Assembly (NCBI RefSeq): GCF_009914755.1
Contig: NC_060937.1
Source: the human T2T-CHM13v2.0 reference genome, Homo sapiens
Reading direction: 5' to 3' (one strand)
DNA: 64,000 bases
A program made the translations under genes and the position numbers. Shown here piece by piece: positions 32,051 through 50,366 of the stretch; within the stretch, counting starts at the first letter, position 1, and each line of letters begins with the position of its first letter. The notes below the pieces were generated by a model. It was given only the letters and a program-made list of their open reading frames with translations, made no database searches and was not told the DNA's origin.

Positions 32051-35000
32051 ACCATCACCACCACCAACAACCAAAAGAACAGTCTTGTAGAAAAACAGAT
32101 GTGAACACATCCAGCTAGTATATAAAGCAAAATAACTTAAAGCTATAAACATGGTGGGAAAGATGGTAAGATTAATTCTATGGGGAGTTTAGAGAAACCA
32201 ATGTTAATTCCCAAATGAACGGACAAATAATGTTTTCAGGGGCAAGGTAATCAACCAAACTTGGTGACTCCTGGGTTTGGGAAGACTCACAAAAGAGATA
32301 TGAAAGCAAACTCTGAAGCTTGGCTCTGGGTGACAAGAAGGACAATGGCCTTATTAAATTGTGTGATTATCATCATATGAAGATTTATACCCAAGGAAGA
32401 GAAAAGCTGCATCTTAGGATGCTACCGATGCTACTGGTGTTTATGTGCTACACATAAACGCATCACAAAGGTTACATATATAACAAATAACGTAAGGATT
32501 TTTTATAGTCATCTTCAACTTTTTTTATAGTTGCATTTTTTAATAGTTGTGTTAAAGATCTCACAGAGGATCTTTAACTATAAGCATCATACTTGCCTCG
32601 TATATTGCACAGTTGAAAATGTAAATTAATTATAATCTAAATACAGATAACATAGCCCATATAAAATTGACTTTTTCTGAGCCTAAATTTGATTAATACC
32701 CAAGAAGGTAATAGAAGATGAATTATTTAAAGTTGTGCCCTTCATTCCTTCCTCCCTCTCTCCCTCCCTTACTTCCTTCTTTCCCTCAGCTCATAAGCAT
32801 CCCTTTAACCTAGGCAGTGTTCAAGAACTAGGGATACGAGGGTGAACAAAACAAACGCTTCTGTCTTTAAGCAATTTACATTCTGAATGAAATAAAATAT
32901 AAAATATTCATTATGTTATATGTTGACAAGTGTCATGAAGAAAAATAAAAGTGTATATTTTCAAATGGACTTTTATTAAATGAACAAATGTTTTTTACTT
33001 GTGTGTTAGGGAAAAAAAAAGAAAAGTATCACTTCATCTTTATTTTAAGAACTAGGCAGAGTTGTCACTTGTTTTTAAAAAGGCAAAGAATTCCAAAAAC
33101 GAAAACTGAAATTTTATGGGACTCAGCAGAGAACTATGTTAAAATTGGAGCAATGAATGAGTACATATTAGGCAGGAAAAGAGTAATTATAGATCGTTGA
33201 GTACACGGGCACCCAAATAGGATGAATTTATATTGTACTTTTTCAAAACAGTATTACTATTTTATTTCATTTTTGTCATTAACAATGTTATATGTAGCAG
33301 CACTACAATTACCCTCTTTTTAATTGCTCATAATTTGCTTTAGAAATGAATTAAACTCGGTGGAACATTGAATGAGAGTTCACCATTACAATGAGGTACA
33401 TTTACAATGTTAACAAATGAGGATAAACAGTGATACTTCCCTTTGTGTTATGGGGAGGGGGGCGGGCAAGTGAATGGCCAGGAGCCAAAGGTGGAGGAGA
33501 GACATGCTTTTCACAATGTATTCTGATATGTTTTTGGACCAATGCTTACATGTTAAATTTTTAAAAATAGCTTTTCAATTTTTTTTTTAAGTTGGACATT
33601 TTAGCTTTAACAAAATCACTTCTCCAGTTGGCAAAAATAAATTTAAATTTAAAAATTGGGGCCTCACCAATTCAGAATGAAAAGCTATCAATAACAGATG
33701 TGACTGAATTTTTGTTTCTGATTTCTTTGCTAAGGAAATTAATGTTGTAAAACTGGCCCACACTACATTTCAAACTATATAAAATAATGAATTATTTTAA
33801 ATCATTTTAGAAGCACCAGTGGTGATCAGAAATTAGAAGCATACAAACATCTTAATTTCGAACGACCTCAGTTATAAAAACTGGCTTAGCAAAAATTCTA
33901 CCATGTAATGTAGAAAACTTTCTTTTCCATAGGAAGTAATTTAATTGTTTTGTTTGGAATGTCTTCTGCCTTGGACTTTTCAGAAACATATAGTGGCATT
34001 CCTGTGTCACCAACAAGCTCAGCACATGCTAGATGGTATGCAGTGGTCAATCAGAATTGACCTCTTTTTATTTTCCCAGTGAAGTATGGAAATAATCCTC
34101 TGGGCATAAGTTTCATGTATTACTTTTTGGCTCATGTTTCCAAGAGTCATTCAATATTCATAAACATCTTTTATAAGCAGAGTTATGACCCAAGATACAA
34201 AGGCCAGCAACCCTCAGCATTTTTCCATTTGTAAAAAATCTTTGGCTTTTTAATGTTCATTGTTTTTCATGCTGTCCATCTTCCCGAAAAATTCTGCCAA
34301 GTCTGTGCCAACCTTTCCTTCCAGAGTGATCTGACTACAGCCTCCTCTGATCACCTTAACTCAGGCGTCATGCAACAACTGACAACTCAGCTCATGTATA
34401 TAAATAATGTGCATCTTGTGTTACTCGCAGAATATGCCTTTGTAATCCATATTGGTTATTTCATGAATTTATATTTGGTCTCTCCAACTTATTGGATCTG
34501 ATGGTGAAGTTTGAGTTTCCTACTTAAATCTTCTCTGAACGTATTCTCTGGAGTTACATTAGAAAAAAAAAAAGAAGTCTATCTCTCATGGTAAATGTTT
34601 GAGTGTATTCTGAAGATGAGTAACACCCTGAGACTTTAAGTCGGATAATTTAAGGTTGTGTTTGCAGCACCCAGTACAGTGGGTGACATATAGCAGATAT
34701 TAAATGAATGATGAGATAGGTACATGAACCATGTCTTAGATACAGTGTATACAGCAAGATGTCAGTTAATATACAATGTATACAGCAAGATGTCAGTTAA
34801 TATTTCTTAATGAATGCATCCATCCATCCATCTATTCACTGAAATTATTTGTATGCTTCTAAAAAGAAATTATTCCTTTCTGGCTCCTTTGTAACCATGA
34901 AAGATCACAGACGAGATTATGAGATGACTTATGGATACTTCCTGGATTAGCATAGTTTGCATAAGCAGAACTAAACATGCCATGCAAATACAGTTACGGT

Positions 35001-36099
35001 TTACATATTTTATACATTACCATGATTGTAAATACAATTGAACTGGTAGGAATTAAAATTACTATCATATTAATCATTATCAATAATTGCTAAGGCACAA
35101 TAAGTTTATAATACTTTTAAATAAGTAGAATGCAGACCTTGAAATCTGACACTTTGCAATACAATCTTGGATTATGTTTTGTATCTGGCACATTTATCAA
35201 ATTATCGTCAGAAGCCCTAGCCATAGTAGTCAAAGTTGCTTTGATTCCATTTATAAGCATGGCCAGATCCTTTAAAATTCTACTGTATTGAGGCTCAAGT
35301 TATAATATTTGCAACCCAATTCTAAAATATGCAACCAGAAGCTAACACATATGAATGCCCAGTGGTACTCAAGATATTTTAACACCTTAAATATGAAAAA
35401 ATGTTTTAATTTGTTTGTTCCATCAACAAGAAATGGAGGGCAGAGAGTGCTTGAGCTATGCGCAAAAATCAGCACTTTGGTGGCTGAGGAGAGGAGTGCT
35501 TCAAGAGCTGTATATGTCAATTTTTATAACGGTAAACACTTGAAGACTGCCAATCAACGATAAGGTAAGAAAGTAACAACATATCATGCAAGTATTTAAC
35601 AAGCAGAAAAAGGAAACACATTTATAGGGATATATTTTGCAGTGACAAAATGATATGCACTGGTACAGTTTCATGAGAACAGGATTTATTGTCCCAAGTT
35701 TCCAGGGCCCATCTGTCACTATGTCTTAGCATCATTATATATTACTTCAACAGTGCTTAAAGGATGCATGCTACTTTTACTTGTATCTATTGCCAGATGT
35801 GAAATAGACAACTGAGAATGGTCTAAAGAACTCACAGTCTGCAATGCATGAAGTGCTCTGCAACAACACAGACATGTATCATCCAAATAGTTTCTTTTCA
35901 CCTCTAGGGATTTGGTGAGTGAAAATGCTTCCAGCAAGAGGAATTAGGGAGGCAATTAGAAGAAAGCTGTTGAGGAGTGGGAATTGATGGGCAAGCACCT
36001 TCAAGCTTTGGGAATATTATAAAAGATGGAAAACACTTAAAACAAATGCATTCCTCCAACAAAAATTGTTAAAGACATTTCTTGCTGGAAGGACTTTCT

Positions 36100-36590
36100 G
36101 CTTCAGTTTCTCTCCCCAGCTGTGCATCCAGCATGTAACTTCCAGAGTGAACTATTCAAACACAAATCAGATTGTACCACTCTCAGATGAAAATCCTCCA
36201 TGCATCTTTACTGACCACAGAACAAAGTCAGAACTCCTTGCAGAGCCTGCTGGGCCCTCCATGATGCAGCCAGGTCTAGTTTCACAAACTCCTCTCCAGC
36301 TGCCTCCTGTGCACAGCCCATCTGCCACTTCTGACTACTTTGAGCTCGGCATGTACCTTGCTGTTCCACTCCTTTGTGCCTCATATTCCTTTTCTTTCTC
36401 CGTGAGATCCCTTACTTCTATCTTACTTCCATCACCCCTGCCACAGACCACACTTACTCATCCTTCAAGGCATTGTTTCACGTTCCTCTTTCTTCAAGAC
36501 TTCTCTGATATCCCCAAGCAGACAGTTTTGGTCCTTTTCTTTTTTATGCCTGCCTCCCCCATAGCTTTTACAGACCACTATTAAAGCCCT
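36100..36590 (+). mobile_element. L2 fragment
   Basis: caaatcagattgtaccactctc...cagaacaaagtcagaactcctt...actcatccttcaagg, L2 3' consensus features. Confidence 0.6.
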
Positions 36591-36950
36591 TTCATAAAAA
36601 AAAAGAAGGTCCCTCTCTATGTAGATTCTCATTATACTAATATTTGCTATTTATATCTGCAAAAAATGTTTGCCCCAGAATCACTATGAACCTAGAAGAA
36701 CCACCATAATGACTTTGCACGTGTGCCAATGGAGACATTAAAGTTGCCAGTGGATTCTGCCAAAGGTATAGTGTGCAATGCAGGTGTATCTCTGTTGTTC
36801 ACCTTTTGGGCCCAATCTTGTACCAGCATTGTTTACCTACTTAACTATTTAATACTAGTGCATTGATATCTTCCTCTGTCTTACCTTTCCCCTGAAAGTT
36901 AGCCTTTCAAAAGATCCAAAAATTGAGTTTACCAACCCAGGCCCATTTTA

Positions 36951-37172
36951 TCATATTTCACCAATTCTAAAACACACCCTACCCTGCTCCAACACAGTTG
37001 CACAATTCTGGATTCAGCATGCATCTTCTAATTGATGCTTCAATTAAAATCTTACATCTTACAGTCAAAGTATAATTAGAAGCCTTTATTATTTCTTAGA
37101 GACCCGTGAATCTGTGAAGTGATGCCATTTTTTTTTACAATTGATGATATCAACAATTCAATAAAATATGGT
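36951..37172. mobile_element. MER104/Kanga-like Tc2 MITE
   Basis: Inverted termini catatttcaccaattctaa ... ttcaataaaatatgg. Confidence 0.45.
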
Positions 37173-38095
37173 GGATGGTACTTTAATGTATTTTTTAAAT
37201 TTACTTAATAACAGAAACTTCCTGTTATTGTTGGGCACATATAAAACATCCACTGTGGTTTGATTAGTGCAAATAATTGGGTAAGGGATGTTTTAAATGC
37301 TTTTTATTTTGCAGAAATATGCAGGTTGACTTGTATAGGTATTAGATGGTAATGCAGTGATATTTGGAGAAATCAGTCGAGCTCCCCTAATACATTATTA
37401 GTTTTCCCATATAAATTAGTGAAAGAGAAGTGCCTATTTTCTGAAAATATGCTATCCACCATGTTTTCAGAAATATATTGGATGTTGAAAATGAAGAGTG
37501 CCTGTATGTGCTAAGTCTGTCCCACAGAGTGAACCAGGTTTTCTCTGAGGACAGGAGCTCTGCTTGGTTTTGTCTGTTTCCCTTCTCCAAGGACAGAGAT
37601 GAGCTCATTGTAAGTGTTCAATAAATGGTTGCTGGATGACTAAAGGAAAACTTGGAAACTGTACTTGGGTTTAAGAATATAACTCATTCTTATATTACAT
37701 TTATATCTTAAATATCTTAAACATTTTCATATCTTACATATTTTATATTTATATTTATACATATTTTAATATATTTGGCAAATTACTAGGTCAATAAACT
37801 TAGTAGGCAATGCTAGGAAGCCACAGCTTTGACACGTTTGTTTTGAAAAAATAAAGTTTCTGGGTTTGGTTTGTCGTGCATAATTTTATAAACTAGGTAT
37901 CATTGGATAACACTACTTTAACGATTAGGTATGACTCTTAGGTACACCATAACATTGCCAAAATTGGCTAGGTATAATTTTAAAGAACTGTGCATGACAG
38001 CTGGGCAAAAATACATTGGTTTGCTTCTATAAATATTTTCTTATGGACTAACATACTTTTATGCATGGAAAAGACTCTTTAAAAAATAACAGGTT

Positions 38096-38408
<313 letters not shown>

Positions 38409-40955
38409 AACAGGTTAGCATTTCGCAAATCACTGGCATATGTGTACATCAACTCACACACACTTTTCCACCCAGAACACATGGCTAACAGGTACTGCTC
38501 ACTCAATAACTAAATTTGACTATTCCTTAGAAATATTTTAGATGGAAATCAGTGAATATTAAACATTTCATATTTGCACAACTCTGTTCCAAACAATGTG
38601 AAAACTTACTATGAAAAGTGTAACCTGAAGATTAAAATAGAACATGTATATTCATAACGTTCCTATTTATGTATGAAAAAATACAAGCTTAAATGTTAGT
38701 GAGAAAATGCAGCACATATTTGCAAATTATTCTGGGTGAAGGGACTAAAGAATTGAGAGATAACTGCAGTGCTATTGGCAAATGTATTAAGGTAGAAAAA
38801 GTATGAAAAATGATGAGGTTTTCAGCAGACAAGTGCTTAACAAAAGTTTTAAAAATTATGGTAGAGTTGAAGAAAGCATAGTAACTCAAACTTGAGTAAT
38901 ATGAGAGGTCCCCTGAAAGGTATAGAACTTCGATGTGACAGTGTGTTTTTATTATGATGTAACTTAAACACCTACAATATGTACAAATTTCTCATGTAAG
39001 TATAAAAGCAAAACAAATTTACAAATACAAAAATGCAAAGCTAATAAAATATAAATTAGGAACATACATTTAATGTGACAAAGGACATTTTGCTAAAATA
39101 AAGTCTTATTAAAAGTTTAAGTTTTGAATATAAGAAAATAATATCAAGCCCAATATACTCTTTGAGCTGTATCTGTTATGACATGCATGTTTGAAGAAGT
39201 CTGTAGTATAAAAATAATAAAACTGTGGCTTAGATTTAATATCATGAAAATGACAGTACTTACTGATATAATTATTACCCTCTAACAATAATAGAGGCCA
39301 TGATGGTAAAAATTTAGTGAGTTGATACATTTAAAGCTTGGTTCAGGATAAACAGATTTCATATTTAACTATATTTAACTAAAACGTTAGCTAGCATTTA
39401 AACATAGAATACCAGTTTTACTGAGCTATGAAGTTGAGCTGACTACTTCAAGATAATGTTAACAGTGCAATATTACTAAAATTGCATTACAGTTGTATTT
39501 GATCCAATTATTTCTGAATGAAAACCAGAAAACCTTATTTGATTTTCATTTTAAATTTCACCTCTTACAGATTGAAAATAAAAAAAAAAATTTTGGTTGT
39601 AGTAAATAGCTCATCACCCAAATGTTGATGGAAATGTGAAAATACTGGAAATGGCTAATTTACAGCATTTTGAAAACGATTTGGTCCTAAGTCATTTCTT
39701 TCTCTTTTAACTATTGATTCAACTTCTAACATTTACATTATTAAAACTTGTGTTCTCTCACTGCTCTGTTCACTTGGAATGAGTATATAATTTATATATT
39801 AAGTATGCCTCTGTTCTTTTTATCATTAGACTGTGACAACTAGCAGAATGCCTACTATCATTTTAGTGATGTGAAATCCAAGTCTTTATTTAATGACTTA
39901 AAAAAACAAAAGTTTTCTTGTAGGAACATGTCACTTATTTGTTTCATTCAAATGGAACCCTTAAGAAGTCAACACATGGCAATTTCAATCATAAAATGCT
40001 TCACCCAGAATATTCAGATCTTTCAATGCATGGGCAAAGGTTGCCATGGCCCCAATAACCACTACACACAAGTGACAGGGCCATTCATGGCCCTCTAGTG
40101 AGCTAGGGCCGGGCAACTACACAGAATGTGAGCTAGGGCCGGGCAACGTCCAGGGGAGTACTGTGAATAACAGAGATGTTAGCATTCTCCCAAGACCAAC
40201 TTTCTCCCAAGATGGCCTCCTGAGACAGGTTCCAGTTTTCTGAACCTATGCTTATCTAAACCTAGTGCTTATAAAAACTAGCCTAGCCACATTGTGGAAG
40301 ATACAGACAATTTTGGAATCATCCTGAAATCTGTTCATTGAAGCTATGGAGGATGCCCACCTCTTCCATAAACCAGTAGATTTCCAAAACCCCAAAATCA
40401 CTAATAAATACGTGTGGAATGCTGAGCAGATATCTCAGAAGGTGAACCTTAAAATAAATGGCAACATTTGTAGAAATGTAAACTGGTAGGCTGCAAGTTG
40501 CAGGTTAATGTAAAACAAAGGAACAAAACAAAAACAAATGACTACCAATGTCCCCAAGAAACTGCAGAAAGATCAGAGGCAATGGAATATTAGAAACTCC
40601 AAAGGACACCCAACAAAAACCCTTTCCAGACCACAGCCCCATGTTTAGAATGGCAATTCAGTAGGGCAGGGACACTGGGGCCAGTGGGTAAGAAATATTC
40701 GATAATTGGGCCAGCAGTCCAGAGGCAGCAGAGCTCAGAACCTGACGGTCGGTACACAGAAAAGCTCCATGTTTACCCATCAGGATAACAACAGTGGAGG
40801 GACCCCTCGTACTGACAATATGCAGAGGCTACTCTACCCAATGTGTGGGAAAAACTCCCATTTCATGTGAACAACAAGAAGAACAACCAAACAAACGGAT
40901 CATGATGAAGCCCTTGTAAAAACATTACAGAATAAGATGAATGAAATAATACATA

Positions 40956-41260
40956 GGCCGGGCATGGTGGCTCACGCCTGGAATCCCAGAACCTTGGGAG
41001 GCCAAGGCAGGCGAATCACCTGAGGTCAGGAGTCTGAGACTGGCCTGGCCAACGTGGTGAAACCCCATCTCTACTAAAAATACAAAAATTAGCCGGGTGT
41101 GGTGGTGCGTGCCTGTAATCTCAGCTACTCAGGAGGCTGAGGCAGGAGAATTGCTTGAACCCAGAAGGTGGAGGTTGCAGTGAGCCAAGATTGCACCACT
41201 GTACTCCGGCCTGGGTGACAGAGCGAGGTTCTGTCTCAAAAAATAATAAAAGTAAAAATA
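40956..41260 (+). mobile_element. AluSx-like
   Basis: Full dimer; TSD aaataatacata at 40944-40955 and 41261-41272. Confidence 0.95.
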
Positions 41261-42021
41261 AAATAATACATAAACGTATAAACAGAAAATAAACACTCAA
41301 AGCAGATGAAGACTATAATCGAATATGACAACATGACCAAAAGAAATTTAAACAAATAGAAGCTCCAAAAGAATCACAAAACTAGAAATAAGAAAACACA
41401 GAAATGATGTCTAAATGATAAGAGACTAAAAAAAGAAAGAACAAAAACTGTTCAGGAAATGATGAAAAAGAAATGAAAAAAGTATTTGAGAAAGAGGAGT
41501 GAAATACAGGGGACAGAGGAGTGAGGGGACAGCATGAGGAGTGAAGCAAGGGAAAGAGAATGTAGAAAACATAAAAACAGAGGGAAATACATGGAAAGAA
41601 AACAAAGGAAAGGAAAGACCAAACCATAGATCCTGGTATAATTAGAATACAAAAGGAATCCTGAAAACAATGCAATAAAATAAATATCACATGATGAAAC
41701 TAGGAAAATATATCCGTAACTATCAACAAAAAGATAACATACATTCTCATAGAGCTGCTGACTTGAACAATAAAGGGAAAGTCTCTTTCCGTATTCAGGA
41801 GAAAAGAGCAAGCCACTTCGAGGGAAAAAAAAACATTCTCAGCAGTAACATTTTATGCTGCTGGTTAACATTATCCTTGTGGTTAACATTTTAACCACGA
41901 GGCAAGGAAGCAGCAGATTTAAGAGTCTCAAGAAATGAAAATGTGAGACAAACACCTTCGAAAAGTTAGAAACAGACCCATAAAGTAAACCAAATAAAGC
42001 AAAGAAAGAAACTAATAAATG

Positions 42022-42240
42022 CACTTGGACACAGGAAGGGGAACATCACAAACCGGGGCCTGTCATGGGGTCGGGGGAGGGAGGAGGGATAGCATTAGGA
42101 AATATACCTAATGTAAATGACAAGTTAATGGGTGCAGCACACCAACATGGCACATGTATACATATGTAACAAACCTGCATGTTATGCACATGTACCCTAG
42201 AACTTAAAGTATAATAAAAATATTTTTAAAGGAAAAAAAT
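42022..42240 (+). mobile_element. L1PA4/5-like extreme 3' end
   Basis: ggacacaggaaggggaacatcaca...catgtaccctagaacttaaagtataataaaa. Confidence 0.9.
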
Positions 42241-42556
42241 TAAACAAAAATTAATAAGTTAATTAAGCTGATTCTTTTTAAAAAAAATCAACAAAATGAG
42301 CAAACCAATTGGCTAACCTAAAACAAAATGGAACAAACAAAAAATACTGCTAGCCAACCTGATGACAACAAAATGCTAATCAAAATAACAAAAAAATACA
42401 AAATTAGGAGAAAATCAAACAGAGGAAAGAAAAGCTATTTACACAGGTCTATGTTACCAAATAATTAAACAAAATAAATAGGGGATAATTTCCTAAGAAA
42501 ATATACTTCACCAAATAGACCCCAATAGACCAAGCAAGTCTGAAACAGACAGTTTT

Positions 42557-45370
<2,814 letters not shown>

Positions 45371-46305
45371 ACAAGAACCTATTAATGCATTGTCTGTGAT
45401 CTCTGTCTTTCAAGGATGGCACACAATTAATTATGTATAAAAGGGAAGCAATGAAATTGACAAATAATTATGTGTTATATATTGTCTCAGTAGATTCTCA
45501 AAATCCTTGTACAAAATAAAACACTTTCTCACCAAAATTAGCTAACTTGAGATGCTGATACAACCAGTAAGTGAAAGAACTAAGATCTGAGTCGTCTGTC
45601 ATTTGTCAAACTCTAAAATCTGCACTCCTATTACTGCTTCCCCAAATAGTACAATTTAAATACTCTAGGGACAGCATCATCTACATATGTTTAACCTATG
45701 TAAAGATTAGTGCTATGGAAGGAAAAGATATCCAGTGACAGAAATTTTCTTCCTTTTCTTTCCCTTTCTTTACCCTTTTAAAACATTTTATATCTATTTT
45801 GTTTCCAATTGGTACTAATTTCACATGACACATAATTTTCCTTTTGGCCCCAGACATTTTTTCCATCTCATGTCCTTTTTTTTTTATCCTTTTGTATTTT
45901 CAAAACACATCAAGTAAATGACATCGTGCTGCAATAATATCATGCTCTAACTCTATCATGTGACTCTGATTCTGCACTCCCTAAGTCAACAAATAATAAG
46001 GTGCTTCTCTGGGCCAGCCCCTGTGCTGGGTTGTGGGCTCAGCCCTAAGTGGCATGAATAACCCTACTCGAGACTTCACACAGTCATTAGTCAAACCATC
46101 TTGTTCCTTCTCAGATATTCCAAGAGTTTGTGACTTACAAAATTTATTTAACTTTTAAAATAGTCTCATGCAACAATTTCTCCCAGTCTCTGGAGTTATG
46201 CCTTTTTAAAAAGGACTTCCATATGTATAAGATAAAATGATGTTTTGTTTTACTGAAATGAACAAGAAAATATGATTAAAGGGATTAAGACTTTCAACAC
46301 ATTTA

Positions 46306-46578
<273 letters not shown>

Positions 46579-48219
46579 TTATGAACCACACTAAGTGGAA
46601 AACATAATACTGAGGTTAAAATAGTTTACTAATGTGGAGGTGAAGAAGAAGAAATCTAACACTAAGTGCATATAATGTGCTACAAATATTTTCACGTTTT
46701 TATATCATTTAATTCTCAAGGCACCTATTTTCCACATAAACACACTAAGACAGAAAGGTGGAGGCATTTCTGTGGCCATGCGTTACAAAGACCCAAAGCA
46801 TAGACGGAACCTGATCAGGCTCTCCCAAACATCTGATAACCTCCTGGGCATCAGACTACAATATAGGAAGATTCTGGTTCAATTAAAATATGTGTTTGTA
46901 ATTTAGTCACATAGGAACTTGATGTGCCATTACTTTTTTTTCATTTTTGTACTATAAGTACCTAGAATTAGGGGCATACTATATTTACCATAACTTCCCT
47001 AGCATCTAGCACAAGGGCCTATCATAGTAGTTAAGAAATGCTTTTTAAATGAATTGATATATAACACATCCCATATTTAGAATTTCCTTTCTATTTGTAT
47101 CTGATATATAATGCCTTTGTATAAAAATACAAAGAAACTTTTTAAAAATCTGGTCTCATCCTACATTTGAAAAAAATGCATAGATTTTTTCTCTTTATTT
47201 TGGAGAACACATTTTATACAAATTTAGCCCAGACATCTTTCAAAATTCCACAAAATAACTTTCTGTGCAACACTACAGGCATGTCTGCTGTCTGAAGATT
47301 TTCTTTAACCCCAAAATAAGAAGAAAGAATTAAAGATAAGTGTGTGTTAACATGAATATATATACAGGACATACAATCACTCATACTCAATATTTTATTA
47401 TGAAAACTAGTATCTAGGATTAAAAAAATACTTAACTGCATCTCCATGCTAAACCCACCACAATTAATATTACCAGTTAATCAATTAGTATACAATTCTT
47501 AAACATAATCCAAATACGTTTTTATTGACTATCTGGGACATATATGAAATTATGATAATTCTTTAATATAATACTCTGAAAAAAATTTTAGTCTTGTAGT
47601 AGATGGATTCTGCAGCTATATATACTAGCAAATACTCAAGATGAAAAATAGAAAAGACTGTCAGAACTTTCAGGAGACTCAGACACTTGCAGCTGAGGAG
47701 TTATAATATTTATCTGACAGTTATAATATTTACATGAAGATATTTTGCTGCTAATTCCATACCACATAAGCCACTGATGATTCAGTTTACTTTAAAGGTT
47801 GATGTATTTTTCATGCAATTTGGAAGCACTTCAATAAACATTGGTGTGTGAATTTAGCCCCATCTGGACTTTCAACATAAAGAATCTAATTATACAAAAG
47901 AGCTTCCAAATATAAGTTCTTCAACAACAAAAGTGTTTTTAGTTTAAAGACATAATTTTAATGAAGAATTATTAATTTTAGTAAGTGCCTCCAAGGCCAC
48001 ATCTTTTATACTACCTTCTTCATAAGTTTGTAGAAAGCTCTGTAATAAGATGGACACTAAGAAAAAGTTAGGGGTGCTTCATTCTCTATTCCATTCAATT
48101 CTCTAAGTATGAATGAAGGCCTACTATGTGTCAGAATGCTGGGAATGGAGAACAAAATATGGAAGCAACACACTTCTGACTCCTGCTTTGCAGTCCAAGA
48201 AGTAAAACACCTATGAATG

Positions 48220-48221
<2 letters not shown>

Positions 48222-48270
<49 letters not shown>

Positions 48271-48962
48271 CACATACATATATATAATGTGTGCATATAC
48301 ACATAGCATGTTATATGTATGTATATATTATGTTTCATGTAAATACACATACATGTAAACACATGTAGTCTGGAAGGCAGATTAGAGAAAGAAAGACAGA
48401 CTGGGAAGGACAACAAAGAGTCCATGCAGATCCTGCATGTATCATGGTTAGGGGAAAGACAAGCACTGCAAGAGGCAAAAACATGTCACATTATATAACA
48501 TTATAAAACATGTTCTAGATAAGACATAATATACATATATCATGTATAGTCTCACGTATATAACATATATACATATTACATATACATGTTATATGCATGC
48601 ACATATAAATATATGTACACATTATACATACATATAATATATATGTATATGCATATGCGACATGTATATATGTTATATACACATGATATTTATATGTGTG
48701 GGTAATATGCATATATGTTAACACATATAACATATATGTGTATGTGTAATGTGTATATATGTGATATACATATAACCTGTTATATGTTTATATGTATGTG
48801 TATATAACATGTATATATACCTAAGACAATAGATCCATAAATATATGTATATTATATAAATATACACACGACCTACAATGTATATAATGTAAATATACAC
48901 ATAATATATGATGCATATAAAAATACAGTTATTTATAGATAACTTTATATTTACATACAAAT
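48222..48962. repeat. (TA)n run and TA/CA-rich low-complexity array inside an antisense L2 (~48090-48215 and ~48965-49500)
   Basis: ~21 perfect TA units at 48223-48265, then degenerate TATG/CATA; interrupted at 48370-48478. Confidence 0.9.
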
Positions 48963-50129
48963 ATAAAACAGGCTAAGTGGAAAGAGAAGAGAGGTACATT
49001 CTGTCTGTGGTGGAAATAAGCCTTTCAGAGGAGGATGCCAGAGGTGACATCTCATCCAGTCCTAATGGATGAGGAGGATTTGACTCATCAGAGGAGCTGG
49101 GAAAGGGTCACTGGGGCCAGGGAGCAGTACGAGCAGGGAAAGCAATGTGAACAATCCAGAGAGCCTAGAGGAGTAGGAGGCTGCTGATGGGGCTCAAGTG
49201 GACAGTGTGCTGACACAGGAAAGGAACAGTTGCTGGACAGGTTAGGTCCTGAATGAAAAGAAGCAGGAATGTCACACTAACGTATTTTAATTTGCAATGA
49301 AGGTAATAGGGATGCTTCCATGATTATAAAGCAGAAGCGTGATGTGAATAAAAATAGAAATATAGAAAGAAATGTGAGCAGGCAGGGAAAGTAACCTGGA
49401 GGGCAGATTAGAGGAAGAGAGACTGGGAAGGACAGCAAAGAGTCCAAGCAGATCATGTGTGTATCATGGTTGGGGGAAGGACAAGCACTGCAAGAGGGAA
49501 CAGGCCATTTCCTTTTGTTACTTCAGCATCAACCATGAGATGAGTAAGAAGTTGATCCTGCTTGGTTTTGCAGAGCTGAGATTCCAGCACTCATGGATAT
49601 GCATGCCTGTCAGGCTTAGTTCTGGTTACTATGCTTTCTGGCACACAGTCGTGCCTGGCCTAGCAGTTCTTCTCAAATCCTCATCAACTTAATTAGGCGG
49701 TGAAGGTGACAAAGTTCTTCAGAGATACCATCCATTATCTCATTGACCTTTTACTCAAATTTTGCAAATCAGAAGGAGACCTTTAATTCCAAACATGTGC
49801 ATATTGTCTCACGGATTCAGGAACGTTGACAACAAGTAAAGGAGGTTCATTCAGAACAGGTTGCTCATCTTGGACCCCAGCTTTGGATCAGCCTAAGAAG
49901 TGGTATCATCTCTACACCATGTGACTCTGAGGACAGGGTGCACAGCGTGGGGAGGGGAGGGGATCAGACTACCCAGTGCATCTTCCTATGTGAGTAACTC
50001 ATAGCGACATCTCACTATTTCATTGGATTGTTCTCTACTTCCAGACTCTGAACCTCATCCATATTCTACTGCAGCTCAGATATTTCGAAGCCAAAGGTAC
50101 ATGATATTTGAATTTGTCAATCACATTTA

Positions 50130-50366
<237 letters not shown>

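Noticed and set aside
36066-36584. 172-aa ORF on +
   Set aside because: Non-ATG start, lies in decayed L2 sequence, no recognisable domain.
40098-40147. Repeat-spacer-repeat resembling CRISPR
   Set aside because: Only two units, a 10-bp spacer, human intron and no cas genes.
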